DNA of 64,000 nt from Albugo candida. Lineage: Eukaryota. The stretch is from positions 248,001 through 312,000 of the forward strand of contig JBDOQK010000033.1 of NCBI GenBank assembly GCA_040437565.1. Reading direction: 5' to 3'. This document shows positions 10,500-22,741 of the stretch, piece by piece. Under the pieces are notes generated by a model. The model was given only the letters and a program-made list of their open reading frames with translations, made no database searches and was not told the DNA's origin. Position 1 is the stretch's first letter. The number at the start of each line of letters is the position of its first letter. Both the position numbers and the translations under genes were made by a program.

Positions 10500-11850
10500 A
10501 AGGGATTTCCGCCCCATATATGAACTGTGCTCAAGCACTCAATAAGTTGAAGCTTGAGTTATACGGATGTGATATCAAGCAATACATCCGCATTCCGTTC
10601 TACATGGCTGGGATAAACATTCGAGGCCACGAACCCAAGCTTGAAATCGTAGATGATGAATTCATGCGGTTGGGTATCATTTTCCGATAAGGAGTTCGAG
10701 CGTATAAGTCATACAGTGAGCGTGGGATATCCGTGGACGGCACATTCATAAAGACACCAATCGGTGAGGTAGTCCTGGTTGTGTGCTTTCGAAATGGGTA
10801 CAAGGAGATCCGAATTATCGGAGTTGGGCTCGTGTCAGTAAAGAATGAAGATAACTAGAGCTGGTTTTTGAAGTTCCTACTCTCTCACCTCCAGACATCT
10901 CCTGCATTCGTGATATCGGGTAGAGACAAGGGGAGTTATGAAAGCTATGCTTATATCGGCACCAGAAGTCCCACAGTTTTTCTGCTTCCGGCTTTAGATG
11001 ACAAAAAAGACAAGTTCAAGCTGTTGGAGAATGTGGCGTGGATATTGGCTCGTTCACGCACAGCAGCGGAGTACGAGAAGGCGAAAGTGAGTATTTTAAA
11101 TTTGAACAGCAGTGCGGTGGTATGGCTACAGGAGGTTGGTCGTAAAAATTGGTCAACAGATCACTCACCATGTCAAAGATACAGCACTTTGACATCAAAC
11201 AACGTGGAGGCGGTAAACAGCGTGTTGAAGGGAATTCGGACCTTTCCTATTATCGACTGCTTAATGAAAATCGAACGTTACGTGGCGTATATTTGGGCTG
11301 AAAATATCAGCAAAGTGAAAGGATGGGGAGTAATAGCTTCATATGCATCACGAAAGGGGGATAAAACAATGGTTGCTGCGAGGTGGGGTGAATTTGTTGA
11401 AAGCTCGACCTGTTACTACATCGTCGCAATCCGCTCAGGGGTGGGGAGTATTCTGGTGGAATTTGCAGCTTGATTCCACAATGAAGCTGTGCGATACTCG
11501 TGTGGGTACTTCGAAGATGTTGGATCGCTTTGCATTCATGCATTAGTAGCATTGAAGCATTCCAGAAAATTGCCCGACATGGTAACGTATTTTCATGACT
11601 CCTGGAAATCATCGGCGTTTGCGGCCTCCCATTTTAAGAGATCTGACGATAACATAATTCCAATCGTGCTGAAAAATGATCTCTCAAGAGGTGCAACGCT
11701 CCATCTATTATGAGAAAAAAAGGGCGCCCAAAGAAGAAGCAGATTCAATCGCAACCAGCTACTGAGAAAATGGAAAAGCGCCGAACGAGATGTGGAATGT
11801 GCGACCACTTCGGCCATAATTGTAGGACCTGTCCGATAAGGGACGCATAA
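10500..11850 (+). mobile_element. Degenerate MULE (Mutator) transposase with SWIM domain and Zn knuckle
   Basis: SVDGTFIKT (~10730), N*SWFLKFL, TSNNVEAVNSVLK, CGYFEDVGSLCIHA (SWIM), CGMCDHFGHNCRTC; contains stops and frameshifts. Confidence 0.85.
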
Positions 11851-12015
11851 TTGTATCCTTCGTTATGTTCACTACATAGTGCGTCATTGATCAGAGGTTT
11901 TTCATCCAGGACTGGGTTTCCCTCGTTATAATCCTAGGCGTGTGTATATCCGTACATATAGTACACAGTCTTGGTATATTTTTTTTATTGATTTATCAAA
12001 TTGGTATAGCTTTTC

Positions 12016-15000
12016 GAGCTCGGTATAGCCACACCCCTTTTTTGGCGTAGCCGCAACCCCCAACTTAATTGAGAATACCGGTATCGGCACACCCTCTAAA
12101 TATCCTTGATAAATGAGAACCGGTATCGGCACACTCGCTATTTTCAAATTCGCTATATGCACCTATGGACATTGCTATTAGTACGCTAAAGTAAATACCC
12201 TGTCCTCACCCCGGGAACACACCTATGAGACCTATGAGATTGCGGAAGAGGCAGTACAAACCTTTGCTTGGCAAGAAGGCTATTTAACAAAGAAAGGTCG
12301 CACAAAGGCCGACAAGTACGGAAATACTAGGAAGGTGTGGCTTGCTTGCGTCCACGATGGTCGTTACAAAAATAAAGGCACGAAGATCCGCCAAACATCA
12401 ACGCGGCTTCGAATGTGCCCATGGTTAGTCACCATTCAGCGCCAACTGAGCCAAAATTCTGTTCAAGAATGGCGTGGCGAGTTAGTGTGGTCGTTCCAAC
12501 TCACAATCATGAGGCAGTAGAGAATCTTGTAGCATTCCCAGAAGCCAGGGTATTGAACCAGGTGCATAGGAGGCAAATTCTGGACTGCACAAAAGGTGGA
12601 GCACTTTCTCGGTTAATATTATGTACGATGAAGCGGTCTGATCTTGCTTTTCTTGCCACCGGGCAAGACATTTACAATGTTGAAATACTTTAACGAGCGG
12701 AATTTCTCCTTGGTCGTAGCCCTCTTGAGGCATCGCTGGATACACTAGAGGAAAATGCCATTAGGCATGAGCTTGTTCGGGACCCCTCATCGGGTCAATC
12801 AACTCGCCTCTTGATTGCACCTAAGCCTTGCATCTCGACAGACAATGATTTTTCTTCGGGTAAAGTTCTTATAGCAGATTCGACATTCAAAACCAACAGG
12901 TGAGTAAAATTCATTCCAATTAACTTTCCCCAACATCAACTAAGAGCAGACAAAATTTCTAGGTTTCAAATGCCATTGCTCCATGTCATGGGTGTGGCAT
13001 GCACTAACCAGTCATATTACGTTTGCTATGTTTTCTTGCGACACGCAATCAGAAGATGATTACATTTGGGCACTTTGGCAAATGAGGATAGTTTTTCAAG
13101 ATAGAATCACTGGTCCGATTGTTATTGTCACTGACATAGAATTGGCATTGATGGCTGCAATCTCACGGAATCTACCTGAAGCGAATAATCTGCTTTGCAT
13201 ATGGCATATTAGTAACAATGTCCTGGCAAATGCTAAAAAAAACTTGGCAAATGACGAAGACTGGAACGAATTTTTCAAAACGTGGTACGGATTGTACTGC
13301 CCATCCACTGTACACGAGAATTGGGCGCTCCGCAAAGATGCTATTAATGAGACTGGCTATGCGTATTAGCATTCCACATAGATTCCGCACAAGGAGAAAT
13401 TTATCGTTGCTTGGACCAAAAAAATCAAGCATTTTGGGCATGTAGGTTTATCTCAGGTTGAAGGCAGACATGCAACCTTGAAGAAATGGATTGCAGGATC
13501 AACAGGGGATTTGGCATCAATTTATGACAATTTGGTTCTCGCNNNNNNNNNNNNNNNNNNNNNNNNNNNNNNNNNNNNNNNNNNNNNNNNNNNNNNNNNN
13601 NNNNNNNNNNNNNNNNNNNNNNNNNNNNNNNNNNNNNNNNNNCTAAGCCTTGCATCTCGACAGACAATGATTTTTCTTCGGGTAAAGTTCTTATAGCAGA
13701 TTCGACATTCAAAACCAACAGGTGAGTAAAATTCATTCCAATTAACTTTCCCCAACATCAACTAAGAGCAGACAAAATTTCTAGGTTTCAAATGCCATTG
13801 CTCCATGTCATGGGTGTGGCATGCACTAACCAGTCATATTACGTTTGCTATGTTTTCTTGCGACACGCAATCAGAAGATGATTACATTTGGGCACTTTGG
13901 CAAATGAGGATAGTTTTTCAAGATAGAATCACTGGTCCGATTGTTATTGTCACTGACATAGAATTGGCATTGATGGCTGCAATCTCACGGAATCTACCTG
14001 AAGCGAATAATCTGCTTTGCATATGGCATATTAGTAACAATGTCCTGGCAAATGCTAAAAAAAACTTGGCAAATGACGAAGACTGGAACGAATTTTTCAA
14101 AACGTGGTACGGATTGTACTGCCCATCCACTGTACACGAGAATTGGGCGCTCCGCAAAGATGCTATTAATGAGACTGGCTATGCGTATTAGCATTCCACA
14201 TAGATTCCGCACAAGGAGAAATTTATCGTTGCTTGGACCAAAAAAATCAAGCATTTTGGGCATGTAGGTTTATCTCAGGTTGAAGGCAGACATGCAACCT
14301 TGAAGAAATGGATTGCAGGATCAACAGGGGATTTGGCATCAATTTATGACAATTTGGTTCTCGCAGCTCAACAGCAGCGCCAAGGAATAAGTCAAAAGGT
14401 TGCATACGATCGTTCACACATTATCGTCCACCTTAGTGGGACCTTCTGGACATTTGTGAATAGAAAGATGTCACATTATGCATTGAATGAAGTATGTAAC
14501 ATTAGTGTATGCATACAGTTGTGTACAGTACTGGCAAGATATGCACTGACCATATTTTGTCTTCTGCAGGTCTTCAAGCAGTACCAAAAGGCATTATCGA
14601 TGGAGAACAATGAAAAGTGCACTAGAACATTCACGAGCACTAAAGGATTGCCGTGCCCTCATGCCATCAAAGAGCTGCAAAAGATAGGGTCAACATTGCA
14701 TGAAGCTAATCTTCATGCGCACTGGCGGCTTCAAAGTACTGTACATCCCAAACTGCATCATGCAATGCCTTGTCAGGAAAAAACAAGCTTTTCGGATATT
14801 ATGAAAAGTTGCAAGAGTGTCATTGGGACTTGCCGCCACGCAGGCAGATCCTTTTTGAGTAGGACGTCGATTGCCTTGCATCTGTTACAAGCCCAGGGGT
14901 AAATGATCCTGCCACAGTAGCCTCACGAGGTCGGCCAAAAGGGTCAACGAGTACCAAACAAGATCTGTCCGCGTTTGATTACCTTGAGAGCGAGGGGCAG

Positions 15001-15264
15001 ACACTGCCAAAACGAAGATGCGGAGCCTGCAACCAAGAAGGTCACAACATGCGCACATGTCCACAGCCCAAATTAACAAAACATATCTGTAATAGTTTAG
15101 GGGTGTGGGAATTCGGTTTTCTAATTTAATATAAATTTAGGGGATTTAGCGAGTGTGCCGATACCGTTTCTCATTGATCAAGGATATTTAGAGGGTGTAA
15201 CGATACCGGTGTACTCGGGGGGGGGGCGGCTATACCAAAAAAGGTGTGTGACTATACCGGGTTC
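12016..15264 (+). mobile_element. MULE/FAR1-like DNA transposon with ~120-bp TIRs and an intron-containing, disrupted transposase
   Basis: 12016-12140 is the inverted counterpart of 15147-15264. FAR1-like LACVH...CPW...HNH, DSTFKTN, VTDIELALMAAI...LCIWHI, SWIM GLPCPHAI. Probable introns at ~12900-12962 and ~14492-14569. The repeat across gap 13543-13642 is artefactual. Confidence 0.88.
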
Positions 15265-15275
15265 CTATGTTTTTA

Positions 15276-16798
15276 GGATATTGTTATATTCACTTCCTTT
15301 TTAGTTAAATTCACTCCCTTTTAAGGCAGAAAATAATTATACTATGTCTGCTTTTTATTTATATTTAGGGAATTGATAGATTCACTACCTTTCAAGTCAC
15401 GTGCCCACATTATTATACATCCATTAATAATACAAAGCTGCCAGCTCATAATTTTGGCAGTTAAAATCCATTCACTTAAATTTGAGCTTTCATGAGCAAT
15501 TGAATGAGCGAGGTGAGTTGCAATAAGGAGATACACTGGATTAAGACGAACGTTATATTCATAGTGATCGTTTCTCTATATAAAAATTCTTTTCGGTCGG
15601 TTGCGAAGAATTTTGTGCTTGAGGCTTTATTCGCAAGCGATACAATTTGCCAATCTTTTGATTTTCAACTTCTACCTTATCTTTATTGCTGTGAAGAATT
15701 GAATACGATCGGTCTAAAAATGCCCGATGAACTCGAGAACGATACATGATGCTTCATAGTTCTTGTGACGATCGCTATGATCTTCTCTCATTCTCTTCGT
15801 TGAAATCAAATTGAGGCTGATCAGAATGCGCCGACGCAAAACCACCGTTTTATTTCCTACAAAGAAGGAACAGTAAGATTGTGATGTCAAATCTAAGCAA
15901 GACCGATTCTTTGAGAATAAAATCAACACAAAACATATTGAAGTCTACTAGACATATCTTTCCTTTTGAGCAAAGGAAAGCAAATAGCTACAAAAAACTA
16001 TCATCTTAGGGAAAGGATTTTGTGATTCCAATTGCGATGTTTCGTTCTAGTACACAGTCTCTTTATCTCCTCGCTGAGACGCTCACACTCGTTTAGAAGC
16101 GCATAAAGTCCCTCGGACAAATGTAGGTGATCTTGTGGGGCGTATAGCGGACAGTTAATTGAGTTGGTAGAGCAGGAGTGATCACATCTTTGTTCTGCGA
16201 TTACAAAATTTTCCAAAAGAAGCAGAAGTCTATTCAATCGGTCCAATTTCCGGTGATCATTCCTGTCAGGAAGTTATATTAGATCATCGGTATGCTCGCA
16301 TACAACCAGGGTGTGACACATAAAGAAGACCATAATGTTTGAATGTATAATAATGTGGGTTACATGGCTTAAAAGGGAGTGAATCTAACCGAAAAGGGAG
16401 TGAATATAACAATTTCCTAATTATGTAAACTAATGTGTACCGCGTGAATTAAGAGGGAGTGAATTCTGTATAACCAAGGAAAAAAGAAAATTAACAATTC
16501 CCTAGATATGAACAAGACGTATACATAGTATAATAATGTACTTATACAAAAGGGAGTGAACATAACAATTCCCTAAATCTAATACAATTATACATAGTAT
16601 AATTATGTNNNNNNNNNNNNNNNNNNNNNNNNNNNNNNNNNNNNNNNNNNNNNNNNNNNNNNNNNNNNNNNNNNNNNNNNNNNNNNNNNNNNNNNNNNNN
16701 NNNNNNNNTAATAAAATTATACATAGTGTAATTATGTGTACCACCTCACTTAAAACGGAGTAAATTTAACCAAAATGGAAGTGTGTATAACAATTCCG
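15276..16798. mobile_element. Cluster of nested AT-rich non-autonomous TIR elements (GGGAATTGTTATATTCACTCCC family)
   Basis: Left-type ends at 15276 and 15368; right-type ...GTGAATATAACAATTCCC variants ending near 16417, 16502, 16573 and 16798. Confidence 0.65.
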
Positions 16799-17209
16799 TT
16801 TTTTATAATTCCTTACTTATTAGCATACTTCGGAGATTCTGTACTGCATTCTACGTATCAGAGAATTGAGTTGACACTCACTGATTACTCTGAATGGATA
16901 GACAAGAGTGGGAAGACAGATTAGATGCTCCTAGAACCCAGGACAATGCACTATTTCACGTAGAAAAAGATGATTTTGCGATTACGTTCTGCAAGGGGCT
17001 TTGTTGCATCAGCCAACACATTTGCACGATTGGATCAATGAAAGACATCACGAAGTCAATTGAGAAGTCGAGGAGTACCAAGACCGTGATAGAAACGGAT
17101 CAGTTTACACGCCAATAATAGAGACTCACCATCAGGACTACATGGTAGATTTTCGTTCCGTACATTCAACAGTAACAATGTAGAAAGAATTATGAGCCGT
17201 GTATAGAAT

Positions 17210-17576
17210 GGGAATTGTTATATTTGCTCCTCTTTTGATTAAATTCTCTCCCTTTTCAAGTAAGGTGGTGCACATAATCATACTATGTGTATATGCTATT
17301 TTTACTTTTTATTTATATATAGGAGACCAGAAGAACCTAAAAGTGTATTGTGCATACTGTTGAACCACTCCTTAAGTCACGTGACACACATTATTATGTA
17401 TTCAAACATTATCATCTTTNNNNNNNNNNNNNNNNNNNNNNNNNNNNNNNNNNNNNNNNNNNNNNNNNNNNNNNNNNNNNNNNNNNNNNNNNNNNNNNNN
17501 NNNNNNNNNNNNNNNNNNNCCATTGTATGATTATGTGTACCACCTTACTTAAAAGGGAGTGAATTCAACAATTCCC
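17210..17576. mobile_element. Mutator-type MITE with 9-bp TSD
   Basis: GGGAATTGTT...AACAATTCCC termini; direct repeat GTATAGAAT at 17201-17209 and 17577-17585; internal gap. Confidence 0.85.
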
Positions 17577-18035
17577 GTATAGAATTAGTCAATTAATCGA
17601 AGGCAGCAAGGCAATTGCACTTTTTTCATTATGAAAGAACGTTCGCAAATTCCTCCATTTCGCCACTGGGAATCTTATCCCATTCTCAATGCCGTTTGAT
17701 AGACTCTTTGACGCAAATACTTAAGATGCATTGTAACAAACACGCATTTGATTACTTGATTCCATTCCCAAGTTGCTTTCACCTTCCAAATCTTATAGCC
17801 TATTCTATAGGATGAAGTACAATGAAGCCTTAATAAATCAGGGAATTCCTTTATCGAACACGAGACATTCACCTAACACTCGCACTGTCCATCACAATTC
17901 CCTCCCGAATATGGTATACGTCCACTATGCACTTTTTAGGAATGTTGGTATCGCTTGGCTGAGATGTGATGTCGCATTTCTCGATTTTGATCATCCGCAC
18001 CACCACCCAATAGCTCAAGGACTTTCTCATCGCGT

Positions 18036-19148
18036 ATGTATCGCTTCAAAACTCGGTACCAACTGATCTGGTTATCGATTCTGTGTCAATTCTCCCTTAA
18101 TTTTGGAATGCGGAAGTCTTCGTGCATTTGGATCACTGACGCGAGAGACGATGATATACTTTTGATGGATCTACTGGCACCATCCGGTAAGGTGGAAATA
18201 CGTTGCCCAATGGGTTTGCATATTGGCATTGTGTTCCCCAAACAAGCTAAGATGGAAATGCTAAAAAAGCTTCTCGACAATAACAAGGAATTGAAAAAAA
18301 TTGTGACGATTTATTTGGGCGCGACAACAATAAATACTAAAAAATCTGGTGACAGGTCCCGTTTTGATGGAAAAGAAACGGAATTCAGTACTTTTCTCAA
18401 ACTTCATTTAGCCACGGATACCAGCAGCCGTATTTTGATCACCGCACCATGCGTGGATCTCGCACTTGCCATCGACCAGTTCAAACCCGTCAAGATTGCA
18501 TCCAAGATCCAAGAAATAATGTGGGCAGGTGGTATTTATAAAGAAATAGAAGAAAGTGATGATTACCTTGTAGCCCAAAACTGGAAGAGAAACATATCTG
18601 CGACACTAACTATCCTCGAAATCAAAGAGCTACAAAGCAAAATTACTATCGTTACAAGGAATTCGCACCCGTACGGAGACAGAATAAACACTTTCTATTT
18701 ACCTGAATTCGTCGGAAAGGTAATTAATGGATTCAATGTACAAAATACTTATGGGGCAAATATACCAACCGAATACATGGTGGTTGCAGATGGACAGGCA
18801 GCGTGTTGGAGCGCAAAAATCTTCGCTGACGAACTCGTGGCTACTATGTTGATGTTCTACCCAGAAATGAAAAAGAAGATACATCGAATCATTTATACGC
18901 TCGAAAAAGAAGAAAAAATCGATGGCATCGGATATACTCTCGACACGGATCTGGTCCGGGCGACCGTATTAAAAAAAATTTGGATAACCAGGTCTCGTAC
19001 CACCACACATGCGCCTCAAACGCATATCGAAGGACTTCCAGCTGTCTTCGAGCACGTGTTCATGGAAAGAATACACACAGAACTTCTTGAAAAGAAGCTC
19101 CACGAGCTATGTAAGCGATATCCTAGCCAGCACGGGGTGCAGAAGTAA
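18036..19148 (+). CDS. Secreted nucleoside-hydrolase-like protein, copy 2 (370 aa, intact ORF)
   Basis: Same signal peptide as copy 1; WITDARDDD, LITAPCVDLALAI, MWAGG, AQNWKRN, FADELVATMLMFYPE, C-terminal HVFMERIHTELLEKKLHEL. Confidence 0.8.
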   Translation: MYRFKTRYQLIWLSILCQFSLNFGMRKSSCIWITDARDDDILLMDLLAPSGKVEIRCPMGLHIGIVFPKQAKMEMLKKLLDNNKELKKIVTIYLGATTINTKKSGDRSRFDGKETEFSTFLKLHLATDTSSRILITAPCVDLALAIDQFKPVKIASKIQEIMWAGGIYKEIEESDDYLVAQNWKRNISATLTILEIKELQSKITIVTRNSHPYGDRINTFYLPEFVGKVINGFNVQNTYGANIPTEYMVVADGQAACWSAKIFADELVATMLMFYPEMKKKIHRIIYTLEKEEKIDGIGYTLDTDLVRATVLKKIWITRSRTTTHAPQTHIEGLPAVFEHVFMERIHTELLEKKLHELCKRYPSQHGVQK

Positions 19149-22100
19149 GAATGAAAGATTAGTTTGCAAAAGGTGGAAATTTCCGAGAAAGGATAAGATC
19201 ATAAATGAGCTGAAAACTCTTCGTGCTATTTCTTCCCTTACATCACTGTAAACAGACGGTACCAAGCGCATTCAACACGATTCCATTCTGCAGCTCCTCT
19301 AGCCGCACAAATTTGACATGTCTGATGAGATCAATGCTGCCTTATAGTCGATCTACACTGGTGAGTCTACGACACAACTAGCGATTCGATGTAAGCATTC
19401 AATTACACCGTGTTCATTCCAAAATGAAGCTATCGCTTGTTTGGATGCAGAACATCGAGGCCACCCTTCGTACAAGCTCTAACCCGTAGTAAAAGTGATC
19501 GTACGGATGAGAGTAAGTGTGACCAATCGAACGTTATTGCCCACGTCAACTGAGCATGTCAATTGACATGGGCGACGCCGAGACAATGCTCTATGTCAAT
19601 GGAAACAGATAGCATTTAACGAAAGAGACTTTGATACCAAACAAGAGAGAAGCTGATGACTACCAAGCCGTGATACAAATCAGTCTCGATGCGAACGATA
19701 GTTACTCACCATCATGACTACATGGTAGCATCGTTGTTCCGTGCATTTAACAATGTCATAGAGGTATACGCTTTCGTAGCTGTATCTGTGCGGTATGGTG
19801 ACTCGATTTGCTTCTATACAAGCATAGGATATGCTTCAACATGTTTGCAAGTATGCACAACGAAAGGGAGTCAGATGAATCAATTGTCGATGGCACTGTT
19901 TTAGGTTTTGTAGTGCTTGCTGTTCAGATGACGCTAGTGGCAGACGAATTCATTCGAAAAAGCGTGCTGCATCGAACATTTACGAATGTATCCAATACGG
20001 TGGAAGGGCTTCAATTGTTCATTGTTTCCGTGTCGTCTTTACTATCGGGTGGAATTGGAGTTCAGATGAAGTAAGATGTACCTCTCCATTCTGCAATGAC
20101 CAGAATTCAATTGTAATTGAGGTGCCAAACAGGTGATGATAAACAAAAGTGCAAAATGTGGTAGACGTCTTGGGGACATAATCTGATGGTCAAAGTGAAG
20201 ATCATTGGCGGCGTGGATGATGTCAACAACTCATAATGCGCAGTGTTGGCGCTGATACGGAATTAAAGCGTGTAAGAATCAGGACTACAATTGCGCATAC
20301 ACTAATTTAAAAAGGCATCGCTGGAGATCTAATGAACAGGATCTTGGCTTTGAATTCGCTTATTTATGAGAAGAGCACATGCAGGCAAAATTTACACGTC
20401 ATTTGCGCATGCGGGTTTTACACGTCAATCAGCTGCGCCACAACCAAACGATCTGGCTGTTTGAGTAAAACGCGCATCGATAGAACGTATGCAACCTTTA
20501 GTGGAATACGAAAGGCGAGAAAAAATGACGCTTAAGCAATTGATATCGCAGTTTATAAAGGTGATGGTGGTGGGAAAGCTACTTTGCAGAACACAAGAGA
20601 TAATGCTATACCCAACGTTGATTTTGATATACGTATCGGCTGTTTTGCACAAATAATATGGATCACGGTCGCACTCCAGCAATCGGTAGAGTTCCAACGG
20701 AGACGTTGATACTGAAGCAAATGAACTATACTTCACCATGTGGACTCGAGGTATCGTTATCGTGGACTCAGTTCCAGTACTGACTCAATCGTAAATGACA
20801 ATGCGATGGACTTGAACGATGACACAAGCCCTCAACTTCCGAACAAAGATGATTTGTCTTAGATGAGATTCCATGATGATGAAGAGCGTTTGATTTTTGA
20901 GGGAGATACAGGTGACATTAGAAAAAGATTTAACAAGTAGCGATCAGAAGATGCAGCGATGGATGCACCAACAAGGTTTGAGATATTAAGAAATCACAAG
21001 AAGCATATCCAAAGACGATTTGCAAGAAATGAACCTTTATCCGAAATGCAACAATTAAGAGATATAGAATTTTTTCGACCAGGAAAAATGACAAGACTGA
21101 GGTTGTAGGCTCCAAGATGACGATTGGATATCGATGAGCTCCCATCGAAAGTACTTGACATTTGTTATCTTGACCTAGATGTGAGGATTCTGGCATTGTG
21201 TCAGCGCTCAAACTACTACAGCGAGCGATATGACGGGGATACAATATTCTCAAATGAGCATTTCAAACTTCATTTGGGCTTCCAATGGAGTATTGATCCA
21301 TTCAGATCGTAATTACAATCTAGAACATGATATATATATTTCTAGCACGTCACTCGATGCAAGGTGAAATCATGAACTTTTGTCGGACAACGTAAACATG
21401 TATTCAGATTTACAATGCGTTGTATGTTGATGACTACTGTTGAGATGGTGAAACTTGAACGCGGCCGACGTCATAATTTCACATTTAAAGCGAGAGGTGG
21501 AGGTGGAACCCAGGGCTCAGGAAACGGTTTAATAAGCATGGAAGTCGAATGTAGCAGAATCGAAAAAGTAGCGAAGAGCTTCGACTTGATTTGTATCACA
21601 AGAATTGCCGAAACTGGGGAACAGGCGACTCGAAGCCGTATTTTGAACCTGAATTTCATTTCTGATGTTACGGTATCTCAACTGGATCAAGTCAGCCGGG
21701 ATGCATTATCGTTTGAAGGATTTCATCAGTATCTCCTATTCTTTCTTCGTAAACTTGATTGCTCAAAACGCCGAGACATCATGGAGTTAAAAGTCACAGA
21801 TTGGAGTGGACTGTTAAGTTTGAGTTGACAAGTAGTAGCTTTGCTCTATGTGTTAAAGACACTAGAAAGGACACAATGTGCATATAAAGGCTTGGAATGG
21901 ACATCGAGTTCAATACACACTCCAGCAAAATTCGAACACATAGTCTCTCGATAATTCCATGATAGCGCTAGTGATTTTATAGATGCATTGTTTCTCATGA
22001 TTGCTGTTCAAATTCTCAAGGAAGGTGCCCAAGGCTAGAACATAATCAACTAGTGAACGAGCTGCAAGATCACAGCATGCAAGGAATCGAGAGGCACGCT

Positions 22101-22741
22101 GCTATCACTAGTTAGTATTGTGCTTCACGGTTCAGCTTAGCGGGAGTAAGTGATGTATCGTGCCTGCGGTCAGTGCAACACGATACCGAGAAATTGCGCG
22201 CAAGAGAACAAAAGAAGAATTGGAAAGAAGAACGCGTCGCAGTCGCTTTCCGAGAATGAACCAAATCTCACAGCCTAACTGGTTGAGGCTGCGAGAATAC
22301 AGCAAATCGGATGGGTGCTAATACGCGAGTAGCAGATTCCTTTTGCGACAATATCAAAGTTGATACTAAAGTCGATGCCGTTGGGTTTTAGACTCTGACG
22401 CAATTATCTACAGGACTTCGTATCAAACACGTCGTCTGATGACCTGATTGCGTTTTCAAGTTGCTGTCATCTTCAGATGCCATAACCTGCGCTATACGAT
22501 AGAGCAGAAATAGAAGCTTCGATAACTAGAAGAGGCGCAAGCAGACAAGGCAATTCCTTCTCCGGATACCAGAATTTCACCTACCATACCCACGGCCCAT
22601 CACAATCTCTTTGAATATGATTCAGATCCACCATGCAAATTTTAATGAATGTTGGTATCGCTTGGCTGAGATCTGATGTCGCATTTCTCATTTTGATCGT
22701 CAGCGCAACCAACCAATAGCTCAAGGACTTATTCATCGTAT

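Noticed and set aside
12822-14363. ~720-bp direct duplication within the MULE
   Set aside because: Identical sequence abutting both sides of a 100-N gap: unmerged contig overlap.
12007-15275. Target-site duplication for the TIR-bounded MULE
   Set aside because: Flanks TAGCTTTTC and CTATGTTTT do not form a convincing direct repeat.
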